DNA from: Eledone cirrhosa
Taxonomy: Eukaryota
NCBI GenBank assembly: GCA_964016885.1
Contig: OZ024743.1
Span: 306,838,001 to 306,902,000 of the forward strand
Length of the DNA stretch: 64,000 nt
Direction of reading: 5' to 3'
Part shown: piece by piece, positions 53,868 to 64,000 of the stretch
How positions within the stretch are numbered: position 1 is the stretch's first letter
How the letters are laid out: the number at the start of each line of letters is the position of its first letter
The notes under the pieces: model-generated
The model's database searches: none
What the model saw: the letters and a program-made list of their open reading frames with translations, nothing else
Told to the model about the DNA's origin: nothing
Program-made: the position numbers and the translations under genes

Positions 53868-54474
53868 TGGTGGCTGCCAACTCGTTTTCGAGTACGGCCC
53901 CTACTTTATATCCATGTAGGAGAACCCCTACCGATGCGCTGAACGAGTGTGACTTTTTAGTCTACCCAGCGACTTGAAAACTCTGGTACAAACACTACAC
54001 TTGTGACAATTATTGACACATAGTGCTGGGCCCATGGTACCATGTAACGATAAGTACAGAGAGATCTCCAGATATAAATCAATGCCTGTGCCGTGAAGCT
54101 TTTATAGTGAGCAAAGGCACTGCACAAAGCCAGTCCCACTCTCTTAACCAAGATGATATTTACCAAAAAGAAGAACAAGTCAACATCATTGGATACCATC
54201 AGGGTTTCAGGTGTTATATCAGAGTTTTCCTTCTCCTAGAATTCTGCCTTGACAGAGGCTAAGGGGTCATATCTCCCGGTGATTTTGGATTGCCATTGAC
54301 TCTTAAGAGCTCCTTTGCCCTTTGACGGGTTTTGTTTTTAGTCCTGCAGGATGTCCAAAGTCACCCTCCTCACCAAGAAACCTTGGTGGGGTTGCCAGTT
54401 TAGTCGCCAACGACCCGACCATGAGACAGGTTGTACTGGGATACATGTTACCAGTAGCACCAACTGGTGACCTG
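53868..54474 (-). mobile_element. Second copy of the ~600-bp non-autonomous retroposon
   Basis: Reverse complement of 15994-16600 with few substitutions; (CATA)n on both sides. Diverged relatives at 54565-54954 (-) and 55147-55560 (+). Confidence 0.7.
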
Positions 54475-54951
54475 ACACATACATACATACATACATACAT
54501 ACATACATACATACATACATACATACATACATACATACATACATACATACATACATACATACATCATGATGGCTGCAACTCAATTTCGAGTAATGATACT
54601 TGCCTATAGCCAGCAATGCCAAACATCGCTAAAAATGTAACATATCAAGCGATGTCTGTGCTTGAAGCTTTTTGTAAGTGAGGAAGGGCTTTGCACGAGG
54701 CCTATCCCACTCTCTGAACATCGAATGCATTTGCCCCAAAAGACGAACTGGTCTACATAATTGGTTGCAAATGAAGTCGCAGGTTTTATATCAGAATAAT
54801 TTTCTCCTAGAAAGATGTTTTAATGAAGATTAGGAGTCTCTTGCCCCACAACAACAAAAAATGCTTTATTGGATGACGGTTGACTCTCCTGAGTTCTCTC
54901 GCCCTTTGACGGGTTTTGTTAATCATCTCGCAGGGTGTCCAAAATCACCCT

Positions 54952-55119
<168 letters not shown>

Positions 55120-55786
55120 ATGTATGTATGTATATATAATTATAATAGTGCTGCTGGTAACATGTAACCCAGTACAACCTTTCTCATGGTCGGGTCGTCG
55201 GCGACTAAACCGGCAACCCCACCAAGCCTGCTTGGTGAGGAGGGTGATATCCTGCGGTATGAAATACAAGACCCGGCAAAGGGCGGAGGAACTCAGCAGA
55301 TTCAATGGCCATCCACATAGTACTTTTTTTATTTGGCACCTTTTTTTTACCTGGGAGTGAAAGGCCCCCAGTTGTTGTCACAACAGCCTTCTAAGAGAGG
55401 GAAACTCTGAAAAAAGAAACCTGCGGCTTCGGAAGCATCCGATGATCTTGACCAATTCTCCTTTCCAGGTAGTGTTTTCGATGCTCATGGAGTGGGATTG
55501 GCCGAGTGCAAGGCTTTTCCCTACTTAAAAAAAACCTTTAAAGCACAAGCATTGCTTGTTCAAGTTTGTGTGACTCGCCCTAGCCTAAAATTGCGCCAAA
55601 CTCTATAATCTGACAAGCGATTGCAGTACTCTTAGCAGAATTTGCAGCCATCATAATTATCAGAACAAAGTGGAGGTGTTACTTCAAGAATGTATTGATC
55701 AGTCCTGGATACAAATGTTTCACAAACAGTCGGCTCATGATTGTAACCAGGACTGATCAATATATATACATACACATATTTATGTG

Positions 55787-55944
<158 letters not shown>

Positions 55945-56100
55945 TTAGAAACACACAGATACATGCGGACACACACATATACATGAATGCATCCACACCC
56001 AACCGTGAGTTAAGGGTGCCAACCTCACCGATGTTGCTCAATGAATGACTGGGACAGACCAATCCGGTTGAACTAGACTGAACCAGTATCAGAGTTAAAA

Positions 56101-56278
56101 ATACATTATGAAGAGAGAAGAAACATTTAGATATAATTAGTAATAAAATGTATCATACCTAAACTGCTCCTAGATTCCTCGACTACGTAGTTTCGTACGT
56201 AGTCGAGGAATCTAGGAGCAGTTTAGGTATGATACATTTTATTACTAATTATATCTAAATGTTTCTTCTCTCTTCATA

Positions 56279-56284
<6 letters not shown>
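56101..56284. repeat. Perfect ~89-bp-arm palindrome
   Basis: Arms are complementary around gtttcg. On the minus strand the centre reads GAAA-CTACGTAG-TC (hammerhead 3' half). Confidence 0.92.
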
Positions 56285-56864
<580 letters not shown>

Positions 56865-56882
56865 GTAGATAAATAATACACT

Positions 56883-56922
<40 letters not shown>

Positions 56923-57580
56923 AGTGTATTATTCTCAATTTAACCTGTCATATCTTTTGCCATGTAGCATATGTTATAGTAAAACTATGGAGGATGGGGG
57001 ATGTCAATGTCAAACATACGGTTATAGCTTTCATCAATACTGAAAAATACTTGGGTTAAATTGATGGGATGAGATGGCCGGCGTTTTGGCTCTGGAATAC
57101 TATATCTTATTATTGTTATTGTTGTTTTTATTGTTTTTGTTATTGTTATTGGGGGTGAATTTTTTTGGTGGCGGTGTGAGGTGATTGCTGATACAGCAAA
57201 AATGGTAGTTTTCAAAATTAACGAAAAACCAGGATAAAATTGGCCAGGGACAGTATGTGGAACTTAGCTACAGTTGGTAATGTGTCAGAGTTCACCGGAA
57301 GAAAAAGAGATGATAACCTCCCCCTCCTTCTCCCTCTCGCTTTCGTCACCCTACCCAACACACACACACACACACAACACAGCTGTCATGTTACCACCAC
57401 CCCACTCTGCTTCTCAACCACCTTTCCCCTTCTCAAGATATAAATATAACAAAAGCAACAATAATGATGATGATGATGATGATGATGACTATAATGATGA
57501 CAATGACGATGATAACGATAAGGCAAAAAGCAATAAATTTGATGTGGAATATAGATCAATCAGTAGATTCGGTTCCAATG

Positions 57581-57624
<44 letters not shown>

Positions 57625-57700
57625 TATATATATATATCATCATCATCATCATCATCGTTTAACGTCCATCTTCCACGCTAGCATGGGTTAGACGGGGCAA

Positions 57701-57764
<64 letters not shown>

Positions 57765-58278
57765 TTGCATATATGTGTTCATATAAAAATATGCATATAC
57801 ATATATACTTACGTACGCATATATATTTACACATACGTGTGTGTAACTATATGTAGGTGTACGTCAATGTGTGTGTATGAAAAAAAAATCCCTCACTGAA
57901 ATATAAGAAGCAGACGACATTTAGCATTTAGCATTTCGCTAAAAAGGAGCAAATGCTATGCAGTTCCACTCCCTTGGTAAAAGAAATAGTCATAATCCTT
58001 GCTGACCCCTAAAGAACATACGCTCACGCCATCGGCTCTTTTTTTCGGCGTATTTTATAATCGTTTTTGACCATGCACGAGATTTAGTCTTTACAACGGC
58101 AATTCCCGCCGGCATTACAGACACGATCAACTGTGCTTGAATAGAGAACAACGCTACACTCACATTTTGAGCAGCCGACAGGCTCAAAAGGAAGCGTTCG
58201 ACCAGTTAAAAACAGTCCCTGTCTGTAGATAGTAAATATAAATAGAATATCACACATATACATTACATATATACATAC

Positions 58279-58396
<118 letters not shown>

Positions 58397-58611
58397 GTAT
58401 GTATGTATTTGTGTGTATATATATATATACATATATGCATATACATATATACATACATATATATAAATGCATGTATATATTTATATGTATGTATATACAC
58501 ACACACGCACACACATACATAGATGTGCATATATAAATATACATACATATACATACGTTCATATACATTTATATATACGTATACATATATGTGTGTATAT
58601 ATATGTATATA

Positions 58612-58714
<103 letters not shown>

Positions 58715-58980
58715 CGAAGCTTATCGAATAGATTGGACACATATTTATATATTTGTATGTATACATATGCATATGTACATTTGTATGTAATAGGTGTATG
58801 AATGTCTCTATGTTTCTATGTATGTGTGCGTATGTATGTGCATGTGTGTATATGAGTATATACAAACACACATAAACATATGTAGATAAAAAAAAAAAAA
58901 GAAAATGATAATGGCGATTTTGAAGAAAAATGGGATGACAGGGACGGAATTATGATGGATACTTAGATATGTGTGTGAAA

Positions 58981-59069
<89 letters not shown>

Positions 59070-59084
59070 TTATATGTGTGTATG

Positions 59085-59137
<53 letters not shown>

Positions 59138-59197
59138 TGATTATATATATATACATATATATGTATATATATATATACATTGATTATATATATATAC

Positions 59198-59236
<39 letters not shown>

Positions 59237-59313
59237 CATATGTATATACATATATATATATATATACATACACATACACACATATCTATATATATAGATG
59301 TGCGTGTATATAC

Positions 59314-59365
<52 letters not shown>

Positions 59366-59430
59366 TTGTGTGTCATTATATATATATATATATTCGGCTG
59401 TGAGTAGATAATATATATATAGATAGATAG

Positions 59431-59479
<49 letters not shown>

Positions 59480-59483
<4 letters not shown>

Positions 59484-59585
59484 CGCCGAGGTTAACTTTG
59501 CCTTTCATCCTTACGGGGTCGATAAAATAAAGTACCAGTAATACACTGGGTTATTGCTGGCCTTGTGCCTAATGTAGAAACAATT
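59480..59585 (+). mobile_element. 5'-truncated SINE inside a long direct duplication
   Basis: cccgccgaggttaactttgcctttcatcc...gtagaaacaatta; the flank tattcggctgtgagtagataat... occurs on both sides. Confidence 0.75.
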
Positions 59586-59815
59586 ATATATATATATATA
59601 TTCGGCTGTGAGTAGATAATATATATATACATAGATAGATGTGTGTGTGTGTGTGTGTGTATAATGTGTGTGTGTATATAATAATATATATACTCAAATA
59701 CATGCATTACTAAAACGTGGGGAAAAGGTTTGGCACGTAAGATCATCCCAATACATACATGTTTGTAATTATACGAGTATATATATGTATATATATATAT
59801 ATTTATATATATGCC

Positions 59816-59848
<33 letters not shown>

Positions 59849-59972
59849 ATGTATGCATGCATGTATGTATGTGTATTTGTGTGTGCATATATATATATAA
59901 ATATACGAAGATATGTCAGGTTAAAACTTGATTGTGTGAATCAATGTGCAAACATATATATATATGCCTATA

Positions 59973-60119
<147 letters not shown>

Positions 60120-60262
60120 ATATATATGTGCGTGTATGTGTGTGTGTCTATATATACCCATCTATATATATACACACATAAATATATACATGTGAAGTGG
60201 TTAGTGGTGGTGAGGTCACAGTGTTAACAGAACATGAGAAGCAGTGGCTAAAAAGATTTTTT

Positions 60263-60383
<121 letters not shown>

Positions 60384-60390
60384 TTATATA

Positions 60391-60495
<105 letters not shown>

Positions 60496-60512
60496 TTATA
60501 TATATTTATATA

Positions 60513-60557
<45 letters not shown>

Positions 60558-60929
60558 TTTATGTACTTCTACCCTTCTATGTGTTATTGTGAGTGTATTA
60601 CTCAGTGTGTGGGTGTTATTGCATGTGCGTTACTCTGTGTGTGTGTTATTGTGTTCTGTGTATTCATGTGTGTGACAGTGTTCGTGTTTATGTATGTGGG
60701 AATGTGTATGAGTGTGTGATTTTGTATGAGGTGGGGGGATTGTTAGTGTGTGTGTATGCGTGTGTGTATTTGTTTGTCTAGGTGAGTGTGACTGAATGTT
60801 TAAGAAGGTGGTATCACAACCTTATGGTTCAGAGTTCGATCCGATTGCATGGCATCTTGGACAAGTTTTATTTACCATACCTTCGGGTTAACCCACGCTT
60901 CGTGAGGGAAATTGCGCAGACGTTAATGG

Positions 60930-62110
60930 ACCCAGCACACAACCTTGACTAACCCCTGGTTTTTACTGAATTGCTCAGATATTAGCCCCAACCCCCTAAT
61001 AATAACTCCTGCCATCATAGTCATATGAGACTAGGATAGAAGATTCACGAATTTGGTCTAACAAACAATGATTCTCAGAACATGCCACAGGAGTTCCCGG
61101 TTTACTGTGTCAAACGACTTTGATAGATCTACAAATTCAATGAACAGGGCGTACTGTTTCTCCGCATATTTCTCTAATAGCTGCCTTGTAACAAATATCG
61201 TCAACTGTGCTTTGGTCCCAGCGGAAGCCTCATTTTGACTCTGCTATGATGTTCTCCGGTATTGACTGGTCATGTCTGTTAAACCTAACCTTGACAAAGA
61301 TCTTCCCTATAATGGACAGAAGTGGTATACTCCTATGGTTTAAACAGACACATTTACCTCCCTTGTTCTTGTATAAGCTGTAATATTGACATTCTACTAA
61401 TGTTGAGATATATACACTCCTGGTTCCATAGTTTTGTGATGTAATAATGAAGTGCTGTTGTGCTGGGGTAACAACCTTCTTTCAAGAACTCTATTGGAAT
61501 ACTATCGGGTCCCAGCCGTAACCTCAGGGAAGGTTGGTGATGTTGGAATATTGTCGGGTCCCAGCCTTAGATTCAGGCAATGTTGGTTATGGAATATTGT
61601 CGGGTCTCTGCCCTAACCTCAAACAAGGTTAGTGATTCATTAAGGTGGTGGATGATGAGAATTTTGCAAGATCTTCCACGTCTGTCGAATCAACAGCTGG
61701 AGGCTAATTTAGGCGCTGGCTGAAATGTTCTCCCCCTCTGCTTCAATTTGCCTCCTGATCTTTCAGTAAATAGGTGCCATCTGATTATCTGCAGAGTTTC
61801 TAATGCATTTTAGAAACTGTATGTGTCATGGCTGTCTGCATACATCTGGTGTTCCTGAGCCTTTACAATCCACATACTCTCTGCAGGATAGGAAGAGTTG
61901 GTTGAATCTCACTCCGAAGAGCTCGCCATTGTATTTTTTATAGTATGCGATGATGGATTGTCAAGAGTAACTTTGTGAGCCTGGTGAGGAGTAGTTCAAG
62001 AGCTTGCCGATTCTGGTGGAGTCCTCATCGAACCAGTCTTGGTACTTTTTCGACTTGACTCCGATGTTTTCAAGGGCGCAGGTACTTGTATCTCTTGCAC
62101 ACGCGTCTGT
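60930..62110 (-). pseudogene. Decayed RTE (BovB-like) LINE reverse-transcriptase region
   Basis: Minus-strand motifs QDWFDED, IPLLSIIGKIF and FVDLSKSFDTVNRELLWHVL, with many stops and frameshifts. Confidence 0.75.
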
Positions 62111-63038
62111 GTTTTTGTGACACTCAGTGTCGTGGCTGTGGATCCGTCGGTGTTGAATGTTTCCTAACATTTACTCCACACACACCCCCCACACCCCCCA
62201 CCACTTCCCGGCTATGTTCACCTCCATGCACGTAGTGACTTCATATTTTATAGATTAGCCGTTTGCGATTGCACCACCATATCGTACCCGAAGCTAATCA
62301 GCTTCTCTTATGACCATAAGACGATATGAAATATAAAGGCAACGATCATATTCGCTACCACCTCCTTTTCTACACAGACCCTCATGACTGCTACTATGTA
62401 TGTATGGATGTATGAATGCGTAGAAAACCATACACATCCCTCTACGGTGTTCAGTTCATGCTCGCACGCTCACCCACGAACCCACACCCACAGCAACCAA
62501 CCTGTTATATATCAACAGCAATCCTTCCAATATCCGAACACCACACCTACACGCGCGCGTGCACACACACACACACACACACGCAAGCACGCATACACAC
62601 GTCAACCCCAATTAGATTATGATTACCTCCCTTCCTTAACCTCTCCAACGCGTAAGATACAACTTGACCAGCAGACCTCTAAAATGACTGACTGAATACT
62701 CACCTCTGTTTTTTTTCCGCACTTTTTTCCGTCCCTTTCTCTTCTCACTCTCTCTCTTTCTATATTTCATCTTCTATTTCTAATTCTATCTTCTGATGAA
62801 GGACGAGTGGCCGATACGTTAAGACTCTTTTCCTGTTATTCAAGCGTCAAAAACTAATAAATGTATGTATATATATCTGAAAGTCTAAAGTCTGTTTAGC
62901 GACTTAGTACAACCCCCCCCCCCCTACATATTGCTGTTACTTAATTTCAGCTGACTATACTGGAGCAACGTGAAATGAAGTGTTTTGTTCAAGGACACAA
63001 CACGCAAGCCAGCCAAGGAATCATCGAACCCACGACAT

Positions 63039-63070
<32 letters not shown>

Positions 63071-63096
63071 CGTGCGTGTGTCTATGTATGTGTGTG

Positions 63097-63288
<192 letters not shown>

Positions 63289-63390
63289 GACACATTCATA
63301 CCGACTTTGTGCAAGTTTCGAAACCGTATGTATATATTCGAACCGTGTATATATATATATATATATATATACATATATACATATATATAT

Positions 63391-63495
<105 letters not shown>

Positions 63496-63536
63496 TGTAT
63501 GTATATATATATATATCATCCTTATATATAAGTGAG

Positions 63537-63643
<107 letters not shown>

Positions 63644-63727
63644 CCCACCACCACCACTCTCAAGAGCGTGTGAACCTAATAAACTTCTATTTGTACTGCC
63701 TCTCTGTTTTTGTTCCCGTCCAAGTGT

Positions 63728-63790
<63 letters not shown>

Positions 63791-64000
63791 CTACGCATTC
63801 ATTATTTCTGAAGACGGCATATATATGTGTTGGGTATGTATATTTAATTTTGATAGTTTGTATAATTTTGTATAATTTTGTACATAGATCTGTTGAATAT
63901 GCATGCCAATTCTAACACATATATATCCTAGAAACGATCGTTAAATAATGAACTTTTTTTGTTTAATATAAGGAACTGTTTCATTGTTTTATTCATTATT

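Noticed and set aside
62790-62830. Hammerhead-like CTGATGAAGG...CCGATACGTT
   Set aside because: The GAAA core is mutated and the stems are weak; at most a decayed PLE end.

Overview
AT-rich, microsatellite-dense eukaryotic (animal) DNA. The SINE and repeat repertoire looks Octopus/cephalopod-like, but that is my inference and is unverified. I cannot support any intact host protein-coding gene; most ORFs in the track are microsatellite or antisense artefacts. (1) 1-12.7 kb is the end of a tandem array of ~2.2-kb units, each carrying tRNA-Leu(UAG) and tRNA-Leu(AAG), 11 tRNA genes in total. (2) 12.7-24.7 kb and 48-64 kb hold decayed mobile DNA: Penelope-like fragments with hammerhead ribozymes and fold-back insertions in (TA)n, tRNA-derived SINEs, RTE-type LINE and non-autonomous pieces, Helitron-like repeats and a 28S rRNA fragment. 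(3) 24.7-43.2 kb is an 18.5-kb head-to-tail array of five Tx1-type (L1 clade) non-LTR retrotransposon insertions from at least three divergent families, all on the minus strand and each separated by (GATA)n. The most notable signals are in this array: apparent (GATA)n target specificity, ORF2 bracketed by conserved splice-donor and splice-acceptor consensus sequences at the ORF1 and ORF2 stop codons, covarying 5' and 3' UTR hairpins, and an unassigned conserved ORF1 C-terminal domain. (4) 43.5-47.8 kb is GT-rich low-complexity satellite.
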